From the NCBI RefSeq assembly GCF_009914755.1, contig NC_060944.1: a DNA stretch of 64,000 nucleotides, one strand, 5' to 3'. This DNA comes from the human T2T-CHM13v2.0 reference genome, Homo sapiens. The translations under genes and the position numbers were made by a program. This document shows positions 30,301 to 44,505 of the stretch, piece after piece. The stretch's first letter is position 1; the number at the start of each line of letters is the position of its first letter. The notes beneath the pieces are model-generated. The model worked only from the letters and a program-made list of their open reading frames with translations, had not been told where the DNA came from and did no database searches.

Positions 30301-32119
30301 TGGTCTAGGTCTATTTTCACCATTGGCTTGAATTCTGGTGGACACATTCAATCTGAAATTCATACACTTACTTCTTACTCATTTCAAAAATTATTTATAT
30401 ATATCATTGTATTTTTTTCTTTTCCCAAATGCCTGTATTTGGTTGGTGGCCCTATAGGACCAATTATTTAATTCATTAAACTTTCTCTTTCTCATTCCCA
30501 ACTCTGTTTACACTAACTTTTCTGGAGATGCAGTCAGCTTTACCTTCCAAATCTCCCATTAAGTTATATATTTCTGCAATAAATTTCTTAATTTGTCAGA
30601 ATCCTATTTTTTTGAATATCCATTTTATATCACATCTTGCTCTTGTTGTATTATCTTATCTTCCCTCTCTGAGGAAATTAATAATTACATTTTTCCCACA
30701 CTGTATAGATTCTGTTTACTTTCAGTTGTTTTGTTTATTTTTTGTTTCTGTGTTTGTTATTGTCTGTACCTAGAATCTCGTGATTGTTGGTTATCTGTTT
30801 GTGTTCAAGAACAATACAATAAACGTTTACGGTAAGCTTCAGGTTCTTAGGTAATAATTGTCAACTGTGGCTTCCAGACAGGGCAATCAGGTCGAGAAGT
30901 TTTCCCAGAAAAGCCCCTCATGACATATCCACTGGTCTATTCCTTTGGGCTGATCATGATCTTCCAACTAGAGTCTTCCAGTCTTCTCTGAGCGTAATGT
31001 TTTGAATCTAGATAGAGGCGAAAATTGGGGAGATCTAGCTTTCAGTAGTTACTGTTCATTTTGCTCCCCTAATTCATGTATGACCAATGAAGATGATATT
31101 GCCAGTACGAAGATTCCCTGTTACCTCTCTAGACAACAAATGTCTACTTTTCCACCAGCAGAACCTGGAGACATTCACGAGGCTTGATGGAGTGGGCATT
31201 GGAAACAGTCTTTCAACCAATCTTCCTGGGTTTTAGCCCTACTTTTACTTCTACTTTCAGAGGTATCCCGTGCAACCAATTTATGAACATTTTGTGGAAT
31301 CAGATTTCCCCACTACTTACAATTTTGCACTTTTTGGTAAGCTAACTCAGTTACCAGACATTTATGGACTTCCTATTTTCAAAAGTGTTGCTTTTCTCTT
31401 TTTATATCACTTGAATAAGCCATTTGCCATCATGTTATAGTTTCAGGTGGGAAAATAAGTCTCTCTACGTGTTTAACATGCCATATTTGCTCAGGTGTCT
31501 GCATCTACTCTCACCATTTTCTGAAGAAAGGCTAAATTGTTATGACACTAACAACTAGTCTTCATAGTTTGGTTTATAATTTTTAATGGTGTTTATTTTT
31601 AACAAAATTGGTGGAGTTTTTTTCTTTGTATTTTGATTTTTCTTTTGGTTTTCAGTTGTTTTAAGAAATAAATGGAGGGAGATATATGCTTCCTTTGTTC
31701 CCATTAACCAAAAGAATAGTTTGAACAACACAGGAATTAACATTTCCATTAAGTTTAAGAGGACCTGCTTGAGACACAGCTGGGCCTTGAGCTTTTAAAG
31801 GTGCTATAACTTTATACCAGTTTCATTTTTTTCTATTGTTGGTATCTTCAAATGTTCTCATTTCTCTAGATTTATTTTTATAGTTAAATTCTCCCTAAAA
31901 AATTAACCTCTTCATATATATTTTCAAATATAATGACCAAAAGGTACATATTACATTCTTTTGAAATTTTCTATTATCCAGTTTTCCATTTTTCTTGTTA
32001 TATTTTAATAGGCTCTCTCTTTTTTGTCATCTAATTTATTTGTCTTTTCAAAGATACAATTTTTTGCATTTATTGAAAAATTCCATTGTTGTTGGGATGG
32101 AAGAAGATTAAATCCTTCA

Positions 32120-32460
<341 letters not shown>

Positions 32461-32589
32461 CTTTAAATAATAGTATATTGTTTTGCAGATTATGAGATCA
32501 ATAGATATTTATTGTAAAATGCACAAATAGTGCAACATTTCTTAAAGTAGACAGTGAAATATTTCATGTTGCCATGTTTCTCCAAGAGG

Positions 32590-32962
32590 TACTATTGGTT
32601 TGGCTCTGTGTCCCCACCCAAATCTCATCTCGAATTGTAATCCCCACATGTAAAGGAAGGAACCTGGTGGGAGGTGATTGGATCATGCGAGCAGCTTCCA
32701 CCATGCTATTCTCATGATAATGAGTTAAGTTCTCAAGAGATCTGATGGGTTTATAAGTGTTTGACAGTTCCTCCTTCACATGCTTACTTTCTTCTTTGCC
32801 TGCCACCATAGAAGACATGTCTGCTTCTCCTCCTACTATCATGGTAAGTTTCCTGAGGCCTCTCCAGCATGCAGAACTGTGAGTCAATTAAACCTTTTTT
32901 CCTTTATAAATTACCCAGTCTCAGGAAAGTCTTTTATGACAGTGTAAAAACGGACTAATACA
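32590..32962 (+). mobile_element. MSTA MaLR LTR
   Basis: ggtttggctctgtgtccccacccaaatctcatctcgaattgtaatcccc..ggactaataca. Confidence 0.9.
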
Positions 32963-34159
32963 GCCATGAAAAATGAATATTGGTTAAATGGTAGGAATAA
33001 GAAAGAACATTCTTGGCCTAGAGAGTACAAAAGGAAAGCCATGGGGTTGGACCTAAAAAGAATACAAAGGAAGAGGAGAGAAGAGTACTCATTGTGCTCA
33101 GGAGCTGAATTGGGAAATTTTTTGCAAAACCAAGAAATACCAAACTTAGTGAACTATTGTGGGACCAGTGAATAAAGAAATATTAAAGCAATGAAAAATA
33201 ATTTAAGTAAATATGAGAAGAAAAATTAAGAATATCTGTATATTTTTGATCAAAGGATGTAATGTTTAAAGTTATATTATAAATTATTCTATCTATGGAA
33301 TTAATTATGTATTAAAAAGAATAAAAGTCAGACAAACTATAAACTTCTCTCATTCTTCATTTTGGAACTTAAAGAACTTATGTATCTAAGTTAATCAGAT
33401 ATTTTTATGTTATTTTTACAAAAATAATTTACAAAATTAATTTTACAAAATTAATTTAGTAATATTTTTATTGTCTGTTTTTTATAAAAATAAAGTGTAA
33501 GATTTTACTACTTCAGATAACTTTTGCTATAAGTCAATCTATGTCTTCCAAGAAAATCTCTTGGTCAGGGCTCATACTTCTCCACCAGGTTTCAGATTTG
33601 ATTTCTTTTCAGTGAGCTAAGATTTGTTACTGTGTCCCCTTAAATTGAAATAGACATAATTAATGTGGCTATAGTGAGATTCATCTTCAATATAGTAATT
33701 GTGTTCTGAAACATTCATCTTAAAATGAAATATTTTCTCCTCTAACTGGAGTCTTTCATTTACAATTAACTTAAACTTTTAATCTTTACACTGGAAACTC
33801 TTCTTTAAAGAAGATATGACTATTTTGTTCTCATAAAAGCTAGACTCTTGCAGAAGACAGAAACTGCAACGGCAGGAAGATTAATGTGGATCCTGGAATC
33901 TAGAAAGTTGTCTACAAACTATTTAAAATGGTTACTGTAAGAAAGCTCAAAAAGAGAATAATCATTCAGAATAGGAAGAGATAGAAACCCTTAAACAATT
34001 AAAATAACATTACCAGGTGTGTATAGTCAGAGGGAGAGAATTTGCCTATATTGTTCTGGGGAAAAAAATAAAATATTTCTGTATAACATCATAGAACTGT
34101 AAATGGAGATGTTAAACTTCTCTGATGGGTAGTTTGAGAAAAATTTTAAAAATTGAAAA

Positions 34160-34460
34160 GTTTTATTTTTTGAGACGGAGTCTCGCTGTGTCATCCAGGC
34201 TGGAGTGTAGTGGCACCACCTCGGCTCACTGCGAGCTCAGCCTCCCGGGTTCATGCCATTCTCCTGCCTCAGCCTCTCGAGTGGTGGGACTACATGTGCC
34301 CGCCACCACGTCCGGCTAATTTTTTTTTTTTTTTGTATTTTTATTAGAGACGGGGTTTCACTGTGTTAGCCAGGATGGTCTCAATCTTCTGACCTCGTGA
34401 TCCGCCTGCCTCGACCTCCCAAAGTGCTGGGAATACAGGCACAAGCCACCGTGCAGGGCC
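34160..34460 (-). mobile_element. AluY/AluSc
   Basis: Reverse dimer with tcatgccattctcc and gttagccaggatggtctc diagnostics. Confidence 0.92.
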
Positions 34461-34721
34461 AAGATTATTGTTTTAATGTGTGAAAATTAATATTGAATTC
34501 TTGTGTTTATATAATATGGTGTCCTATAATTTCTGTTTGGAATATAAAATCAGCAACTAGTATGTATTTTCAAAGCATTATAAATACAGAGTGCTAAGTT
34601 ACTTCACTGTGAAATGTAGTCATATAAAGAATATAATAATTATACTGGATTCTTTTTAAATGGGCTGTCTAACATTATATTAAAATGTTTCTCCAGTGAT
34701 TCATTATATCCAAATGCTCCA

Positions 34722-35024
34722 GGCAGGGCGTGGTGGCTTACACCTGTAATCCCAGCACTCTGGGAGCTTGAGGTGGGCGGATCCCTTGAGGTCGGGAGTT
34801 GGAGACCAGCCTAGCCAACATGGTGAAACCCCATCTCTAATAAAATAAAACAAAAAAATTAGCTGGGTGTGGTGGTGGGCAACTGTAATCTCAGCTAATC
34901 AGGAGGCTGAGACAGGAGAATTGCTTGGACTTGGAAGGCAGAGGTTGCAGTTTGCCAAGATCACACCACCCCACTCCAGCCTGGGTGATAGAGCAAGACT
35001 CAGTCTCAAGGAAAAAAAAAAAAA
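34722..35024 (+). mobile_element. AluS
   Basis: Full dimer with A-tail. Confidence 0.92.
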
Positions 35025-36097
35025 GCTCGAAAAATGTTTGCTTATTTTGGTAAAATTATTCATTGACTATGCTCAGAAATCAAGCAAACTGTCCATATTT
35101 CATTTTTAGAAACTACATATTAAAGATCTAAAACAAAGGATAAAATATATGCAAAAATATTTGTATTTCTGGATAAATTAGTTTCCTGAGTTAACTCCTT
35201 GACTGTTGACATTGAATCTATTTTAAATTAAACAAGGTGCTGATAAAACAAAAGACAAAGAAAGAAATTCAAAATAAAATTGAAAGATGAAATCAGAGCT
35301 TACCAGAGGTAAAATTTCCTCTGACAGTGTAAAAGAGATCTTCATCCAAAAAGCAGAATTTATATAGTTTCTTTCCAAAAGACCATAAAACCAATCAGTT
35401 AATAGTTGATTTTTATGTGAAAAAAGAGAGTGTAAAAGAGAAAATAATGACACCAAAATCCCTTTTAAATTCAAAGAGTCATCAAGTTTCAAAAATGTAA
35501 TTCAGATAAGAAATTAATGTCAGCCACATTCCTCCACAGTAAAGGTTTGTATCAACTTTTCACCTAATAGTTTTAGCATTCATTAGGAAACTTGTTTCAA
35601 CCATTATTTTACTAGGTGTTATAACAGGGTGGTACATTCTTTCATTTTTTTCTTCATTTATTAGCTGGAATAATTTCCTTTTTTTTTTTTTCAAACAGGG
35701 AATTCTTTAATTGTAACACCATCTTTTAACCTCTGCTCTTTATTCTCTTTTCTTTCCAGTTTAATTGTAGCAATTTTGATTTATTTCCTTAAACAATAAA
35801 AAGTCCAAGAAAAAATCTAGTACATATTTCGTGTTCTTGGTCTGACATTTAATTCATTGAACTAAGTACAACACTAAACCTCACAATATGCTTTAGCCCT
35901 TGTCATTTTCACTTTGAAATACGTTTATTAAAAACTAAAGAAATGACTTAAATATAGCCTTCTAACTTAGCCCATTCAATCTAGAAGGTTCTTTAAAAAA
36001 TATGCTATAGAGCAATGACAATACATGTTAAGATTTTAGGGATCTTTTTATTAAAAGTGTTGTATTACTTAATATATTACTATAGTAATAATAACAA

Positions 36098-36322
36098 ATT
36101 ATTTATTTATTTATTTTCTTTTTTTTGCTTTTTATTTTATTTTATTTATTTATTTATTTATTATTATACTTTAAGTTTTATGGTACATGTGCACATTGTG
36201 CAGGTTAGTTACATACGTATACATGTGCCATGCTGGTGTGCTGCACCCACTAACTCGTCATCTAGCATTAGGTATATCTCCCAATGCTATCCCTCCCCCC
36301 TCCCCCCACCCCACAACAGTCC
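36098..36322 (-). mobile_element. short L1PA 3' end
   Basis: T-rich tail followed by reverse L1 3'UTR (ttatactttaagtttta..ccccacaacagtcc). Confidence 0.92.
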
Positions 36323-39300
36323 ACATTTCCTCCCAAATGTGTATTGATTACACCAAAACACAGTTTGGACAGGAAAACAAGATAAGTAGACAAATGCTTG
36401 ATTTTTATTCCCCTCCCCACTTTTCACAATAATGAAGTAGTGCTTCAACAAACTTTAGTAGTGATTAAAAACTTATTTCCCATAATAAAAATTTTAAATA
36501 TTTGTAAGTAAATGATAAATAATAATTTATCCAGTATTTCATGAGTACCTATAATCAGTCAGGATCCATTCTCCCACACTGCAGGGAAAGGAGCCCAGTT
36601 TAAAATTCCTGTCAGGACACCAGCAAGATGATGAAATAGAAAGCCTCAAAGCCCCTCCACCCTCCTCTCCAAGGAGACACCAGCTCAATAATAATACACA
36701 GATAAATCCCCTTTGTGAAAAGTACAGAGGCGAATTTAAAGACTCTGGATTCCCTGGTAGGCTTCAAGCCAGGCACATCAAAACCAGCAGGTAAATTTGT
36801 TGCACTCACTCATCCTCCCTCAGCAGTACAACGCAATGGAGAGAAAGCTCCAAACTCCCAGCTCATCTCTAGGGAGAGAAAGGAAAGTCTAGACCATATG
36901 TCCAACATTTTGACTTTTTGGGAGGGCACTAGCACCTATCTACCCTGAATCTAAGTGCTAACAGGAAAGGATGCCAGATTGCATGCCTGCTGATAAAGCC
37001 ACTGTTTGGACTGTCACTCAATCACCAGCATTCCTCCTGTGACTCAGTATAACAAGATTGGGAGAATATTCTACAGTTCCTGATTCCCCCACAGAAGTGA
37101 AAGAGAATACTGGAACACTCATTCAGTGTTCAGACTTCAGGGGAGTTGTCAAGTGATTGTTTTCTGTCTTGCCTGAATTTAAGCGCTAACAGGAAAGCTT
37201 TCCAGGTTGGGGATATTAAGAACAAATGAGTTGAGGCAGTTTGGGTTAGCATACATTCACTTATCATACTATCCTTCCCTGGATCAATATGCAATGAGTG
37301 GGAGAAAACCCTCAACTCCTGGCTTCCCCTTGGAGAAGGAAAAAGCTGGAGTGTGCATCCAGAATTCCAACTTTTCCCAGTCAGCCTGATGGACTGTTTT
37401 CTGTCTGACTGAATACTCTTGATGTCTGAGGACTGCTGAGAACAAAAGAGAGCTAGGGGGTTATAGCAACTCCAGATAACCTACAGTACTATAGATAGAT
37501 AACAAAGAGAGCAAGAGATTACACGCTCCTGAAGAAAGACCTGCAAATTTTTCTAAGAATTTACACACAATTCCAGAGACAATACATTCACGGAAAGATT
37601 TGACACACTTCAGAATCTCTAGCTGGGCTGACTGGTGAAAGGATTTCCCAGTGCAAAACCAGTCTGTAAAGACAGGGAGAAGTGGTTATTTTTTTCAAAT
37701 CCTAGAATCGCAGCACAAAATTAAAATGCACACAAGGAAACAGGGAAAAATGGCCCAATAAAAGGAACAAAATAAGTTTCAAATATCAACCCTTCAAAAA
37801 TGGAGGTATATAAATTATCTGGCAAAGTGACATATACTGACATATTCTCCAGGATGGATCACATGGTAGGTCATAAAACAAGTCTTAACAAATTTAAGAC
37901 AAAGGAAATCAAGAACCTGTTTTGACCAAAAGTAGGATGAAGCAAAAATTCAATAGTAGAAGGAAAACTGAAACATTTACAAATATATGGAAATTAAACA
38001 ACATACAATTGGACAACCAATGAGTCAAAGAAGAAATCAAAAACAATATTAGAAAACAAACTGACAAAAAAAAAATAAAAAACACAACACAGCAAAACTT
38101 AGAAATGCAGCAAAGGCAGGACTAAAGAGGGAAATTTATAGCAATAAATGCCTACCTTAAGAAAGAAGAAGGATCTCAAATAAACAACCTAACTTTACAA
38201 CTCAAGGAACTAAAAAAGAAGAACTAAGCCCAAACCCAGCAAAATGAAAGAAATAATAAAGATTAATGCAAATAAAGGATATTTTCACACACATATTTTC
38301 ATTATAACCAGAAAGTAGAACCAATGCAAGTGAATAGATTTAAAAAAAACTGTGGTATTACTATACAATGGAATATGGCAATTAAAAAGAGAAAAGACTC
38401 AACCAAATAAAATAAAAAATGAAAAAGTAGACATTGCAATTGATGCCACAGAAATAAGAAAAGATTATAAGAGACTGATGTGAATGATTATGGTAGTAAT
38501 TGGATAACCTAGAAAAAAAATCAAATTACTGGAAATATACAACCCCCAACACTGAATCAAGAAGAAATAAAAATATGAACAAATCTATAGCTAGTAAGGT
38601 GTTTAAATTAGTAATCAAAAATCTTCCAGCCAAGAAAATCTCAGGCGCAGGTGACTTTACTAGAGAATTCTGCCAACATTTAAGGAAGAATTAATGCCAA
38701 TATTTCTCAAACATTCCTAAAAAATTAAAGAAGAAAGAACAATTCTAAACTCCTTCTGTGAAGCTAGCATAACCCTAATATCAAAGCCAGACAATGGCGC
38801 TACAAGAAAAAAAAGTTAAATATTCCTAATGAATGTAGATGCAAAATCCTCAACAAATACCAGCAAATTGAATTCAACAGCACTATAAAGTATCATCCAC
38901 CATAATTATGATGGATTTATTCCTGGAATGCAAGAAGGGTTCAACATGTGCAAATCAATATAATATGCCACATTAACAAAACAATTAAAATAACATGTTC
39001 ATCTCTGTAGATGGAGAAAGAGCATTTGACAAAATTCAACATTCTGTCGTTAGAAAAACACTTGAAAAAATAGGAATAGAAGGAAATTATTCCAACAGAA
39101 TAAAGGCCATTTGTAAAAACCCACAGCTCACATAATATTAATGAAGAAAAACTGAAATCTCTTCTTCTAAGATCAGGATCAGGAACAAGGCAAGGACGAC
39201 TTTATGAAGCGCAGAAAGTCCTAGCTAAAATAATTAAGCAAGAAAAAGATATAAAAGCCTTCCAAATTGGAAAGGAAGAAGTAAAATTTTCTCTATTCAC

Positions 39301-39753
39301 AGAAAACATCATCTTATATATAAAAAAAACCCTAAAGATTCAACAAAAACCTCTTAGAACTAATAAAATGAATTCTACTGCAAAATATTGCTGAAAGAAA
39401 TTAAGGAAGACACAAGTAAATGGAAAGCCATCTCATTTTGATGAATAGAAAGAATATTTATAAATTCTAATACTAGCCAAAGCAATTTACAGATTTAATG
39501 TAATCCCTATAAAAATTCCAATGCTAATTTTAGAGAAATAGAAAGGACAATTCTAAAATCCATATGGAACCACAATGGACCCTGAATATCCAAAACAATC
39601 CTAAGAAAGAAAAACAAAGTTAGAGGCCTCACATTTTCTGACTTTGAAATATACTACAAAGCTACAGCAATCCCAATAGTGTGATATTAACGTAAAATTA
39701 ATCATGTAGATGAATGGAAGAGAATGGATTAGTGGAACAGAATAGAAAGCCCA

Positions 39754-40011
39754 TTGGGAGGCCAAGGCGGGCGGATGATTTAAGGTCAGGAGTTCAAGAC
39801 CAGCCTGGCTAACATGGTGAAACCCCGTCTCTATGGAAAAATACAAAAATTAGCTGGGCATGGTTATGGGCACCTGTAATTCCAGCTACTCAGGAGGCTG
39901 AGGTAGGAAAATCACTTGAACCCAGGAGGAAGAGGTTGCAGTGAGCCAAGATCACAACACTGCACTCCCATCTGGGTTACAGAGCAAGACTCCGTCTCAA
40001 AAAAGAAAGAA
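39754..40011 (+). mobile_element. 5'-truncated AluS inside L1
   Basis: TSD AGAAAGCCCA at 39744-39753 and 40012-40021. Confidence 0.9.
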
Positions 40012-40984
40012 AGAAAGCCCAGAAATAAACCCACATGCATATAGTCAAATGATCTTTGACGAGGGTGCCAAAACTATACAATGGAGAAAGGATAATTTCT
40101 TCAACAAATATTGTTGGGAAAACTGGATATCCATATGCAAAAGAATGAAAGTGAACCCTTATCTTACACTGTTCACAAATGTTAACTCCCAATGGATTGA
40201 AGACTTAAAAGTAAGAACTAAAGCTGTAAAGCTCTTACAAGAAAACATAAAGAAAGGCTTTATCACATTGGTCGTGGCAATAATTCCTTGGATTTGACAC
40301 CAAAAGCACAGGCAACCAAAGCAAAAATAGGTTAGGGTGATTACATCAAGATAAAATGCTTCTGTGCAGAAAAGGACACAACGGAGTGAACAGGCAGCCT
40401 ACAGAATTGGAGAAAATATTTGAAAACTGTATATTTGCTAAGGGCTTAATATCCAAAATACATAAGAAACACCTATAACTCAAAAGCAAATAAACACATA
40501 ACCCAATTTAAAAATGGCTAAATTCTTAAATAGATATTTTTTAGGAAGACATGCAAATGACCAACAGGGATATAAAAAGATACTCAACATCATTAATCAT
40601 CAGGGAAATGCTAATTAAAATCACAACAGGATTTATCACCTCATAACTGTATGATCATTTTTTAAAAAAGGAAAATAGCAAATGTTGATGAAGATGTGGA
40701 GAAATTGAATTAGAACCTTATGTACTGTCAGTAGGAATGTAAAATGGTAGAGCCACTATGGAAAACAGTATGGAGGGTCCTCAAAACATTAAAAAATAGA
40801 CCTACCATATGATGCAGCAATCCCACTTGTGGACATTTTTCCAAAATAATTGAATAATTCCAAAATAATTGAAAACAAGATCTTGAAGTGATATTTGCAT
40901 TCCCATATTCATTACAGAATTATTCACAATAGCCAAAAAGTAGAAACAATCTAAAAGTCCATCATCAAATGAACAGATGAAAAT

Positions 40985-41105
40985 ATGGTATATATATATA
41001 TATGTATGATATATATATGTATGATATATATATGTATGATATATATAGTATGGTATATATATGTATAGTGTATCTATATGTGTGTATATATATATATACA
41101 CACAC
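40985..41105. repeat. TA-rich low-complexity repeat
   Basis: (TATATATGTATGA)-like units. Confidence 0.85.
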
Positions 41106-41529
41106 AATGGAATATTATTCAGCCTTGAAAAGGGAAATTCTGTCGTATTTCAACATGTGTCAATCTTAAGGATATTGTGCTAAGTGAAATAAGCCAGACA
41201 CAAAGACAGATATATCGTGATTCCATTTATATGAGGTATTGAAAGTAGCCAAACACATGGAAACAGAAGATAAAATGGTAGTTGTCAGGGCCTGGAGGAA
41301 ACTGGAAATCTGGAGTTGCCGTTCACCAGGTGTGGAGTTTCAGTCAAGCAAGATAAAAACATTCTAGATTTCTGCTGTACAACAATGTGTATATCATTCA
41401 CAAAATGTTCTGCAAACTTAAAATTTTGTAAAGATGGTAGATTTTTTTGTTATGTGTTTTTTAATTACAAAAATTTCTGTCTGTATTTAGTTTACATTTT
41501 AGTAAGGAAAGAGAAATAAGCTAATAAAT

Positions 41530-42050
41530 GGTAATGATAAATGCTGTAAGGATATCTAGAGCAATAAAAGAAGTTATGGATATGGGAATATAATTTTAGA
41601 TAGTGAAGATTTCTGTATTCAAATGCCACATGGAAAAAGGACTAAGGGGAATGAGGAGATGAGTCATATGGAATGCCCAAGACACAGAAGAAGGCAGGCA
41701 GAGAAAATAACAAGGATAAAGACACTGAAGTAAAATCATGCTTTCTATATTTCAAAACAGCAGCAAGGACACTAGTGTGACAGAGAAGGAGTGATCAATG
41801 GGAGGCTGCAGATTTTGTCAGAGATATTGTCAAGGCTCAGGATCATACAGGGACTTGTAAGCCTGGAAAGCACTTTGAATTTTATTCAGAATGAGATGAG
41901 AAGCCATTGAAAAGTTTTTAAGCAGATGAGTAAAATAATCCACCTTGTATTTTAAGAGGAGCATTCTACCTTCTCTGTGGAATAGAGAGGTGGAAGGGCA
42001 AAGCTTGAAGCAGAGAGAGCAGTGAAGAGTGTACTGTAATATTCTTATGT
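41530..42050 (-). mobile_element. L2 fragment
   Basis: ttgaattttattcagaatgagatgagaagccattgaaaagtttttaagcag. Confidence 0.65.
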
Positions 42051-43592
42051 GAGAAATAGTAGAGGGAATGAGAGGTGGTCAGCCTTAAACTGCCATTTGT
42101 TCTCTGTATCAGGGCTCAGGGACTTTCAGACTCTCCAGGGATTCCTTACAGTTTTTACATTCGTTTCTCAGTTGCAAACATAATCTCTTCACTCTATGAG
42201 AACTCTAGATCTGAATCCTTGTTATGAGTCAGGAGTCCACTCTAGTTTACTCTCTTGTCAGTAACTAGACTTGAAATGTTTTAATATTAATTGATGTAGT
42301 AATACGATTGGTTAGAGAAATAGCAAAGAGCGAGCGTCCCCATCCTATGACCATATCAGCACCAGAAGAGAAAAACACATCTACACAGTTTTTCCCTTGG
42401 CATAGGCCCTGGTATTCTGTCAGGGAACAGGTTATAAAGGAAATACAAAGGGTCTTTGTACTTACTTTCAGAATGTATTTTCTTTAACATGAAAAGAATC
42501 CAAGGTCTTTTTGCTTCTAATTGCTTTTTGTGTATCTACTACCATCCCTTGGTAAATTATTGATACTTTTCCTCAAATCTCGGCATGATGTCCTACATTC
42601 CAAATTTTCAATAGCTGAGAATTTCACCTTTTCAGTACCTTCATGTTTATCTTAGTAAAAATTTGAGAAAGACTGTAATAGAGTTATTTAATCAGATTTT
42701 TTTAATCTACCATAATTTTTGAATAAGGAAAAACATCAACACTTTTTCTCCTTACTTGGCAAATAATTTCCATAGAGAGGAAAAAAACAATCAAAACAGG
42801 TACAAAATGTAACAAAACCAAAGGACCATGTGAGTTGAAATTTAAAATGAGAAAAATGTCCACTTTACTTTGGGCAATGCAACTCCTGGGAAATAGTAAC
42901 TCAGCACCTGAGAGCTAAATAATTCTACAGGACTAAATATATATTCCGGTACCCAAGGGGAAAATGACATCATAGAGTGTTTAGGTCTATTAAAACATAT
43001 TTGTAGATGTGTAGGTATAAAAATGCTTTTAGAGATGGGAAGAGAAAAAACTCATTTATTTAACAAGTTCTGTTGGGTGCTTTTCACTAAAAGAGAAACA
43101 TCACATGTTTATAACACTGAGGATGTAAATTGCAGTACATTTCAAATTACATGAGAAAATAAAGAAAATATCTGTTTCAAGTCACTGAATAATTCATCCT
43201 TATTTAGTGTTTGTCCCTAATATCTGTGATTTTATGAATACTTCAGAGCAATGATTTTACCTTTCTCTACAGCTGTATTTGGCAAAGGTCCACATTATTT
43301 TTGTTGCAAAGATGCAGCCAAATTTCTTAGAATAGGAACAATGTTTAGAATGTATTTTTTCCATAATGAAAAATATTATGAAAGGGGCAACTTAGATATA
43401 GCTTACAGGGTTCTCTATTGTGATAACTAAAACAGACTTAGCCTCAAGTAAAATTGACATCTTACTAACTGTTGGTGGTGAAGGAGAAAGAAGACAACAT
43501 TGAGCCAGACTGGGGAAAGATGAATTCAAATTAGTTAGAGATTTGTCACCCAAAGCAAAACAAATTCAAGCTTGAACTGAGTTGACATTGAT

Positions 43593-43945
43593 AGTTATTA
43601 TGAATTGCAAATCCCTCAAATTCATACGTTGAAATCCTAACTCTCAATGTATTAGTATTAGGAGGTAAACCTTTGGGAGGTAATTAGGTCATGAAGAGGA
43701 AACCCTCATCAAAGGAAAGTAGTGCCCTTCTAAGAAGATATACCAGAGAGATTTTTCTCTCCTCCATGTGAGAATAAAATAGGACAGCCATCTGTAAGTC
43801 AGGAAGACAGCCTTCACCAAGAACCCAACCATGCTGACTCCCTGATTTCAGATTTACAGCCTACAGATCTGTGAAAAACAAATGTTTGTTGTTTTAGCCA
43901 CTCAATCTGTGTTTTCTGTTATAGCAGCCCACATTGACTAAGAAA
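43593..43945 (+). mobile_element. MLT1A/MST MaLR LTR
   Basis: aaattcatacgttgaaatcctaac..gttatagcagcccacattgactaaga. Confidence 0.8.
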
Positions 43946-44505
43946 ATACTAAAGCCTTTATTTGATAGATGAAGATAGTATCAGACAAGGTATCATATGA
44001 GTAAAAACCTAAGATTTATGTGTGATCATTTTACACTGGAGCAGCTACTGAAACTTAAGACCAAAACCACTAGTTAACATCAGTATGTCAACCCAAAACA
44101 TTTGGGACAGTAATGAAGATACAGCAAATGAATTGTTTAAATATATAATCAAGGCAAAGTTATCATCAGAAATATAGGAAAAATATCCACTAAATTTGGT
44201 TTACGAGAAATTCATGATTCATTGTATACCTTGATACTGGGCTTAAAGCAGCAATCCTAATTCCAGATCTACCTTCAAGTCTGGGTCAGTGTTCTCAAAT
44301 GCTGCCAGTTTCATGTCAGGACCGGCTTAATATTGAAGGTAACTGAGCATTGCTAATGTCTGACTGGAGCTGAAAGAGGCCAAAAGCAGGGCTATAACTT
44401 TCAGAAAACTGACCTGGTGTTAACTTCCATCCCTGCCATTTCAAACGGGAAGTTATCGCAATTAGAAGCTATTAGCAGTCTTATCTAATAACTTGTGGAT
44501 AATTC

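Larger units (their letters stand above)
36610..41470 (+). mobile_element. long decayed L1MA/L1MB (5' region, ORF2 remnants, 3'UTR)
   Basis: ORF2 remnants (e.g. 39941-40297 ..[30 protein letters not shown]) and an old-type 3'UTR. Confidence 0.85.
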
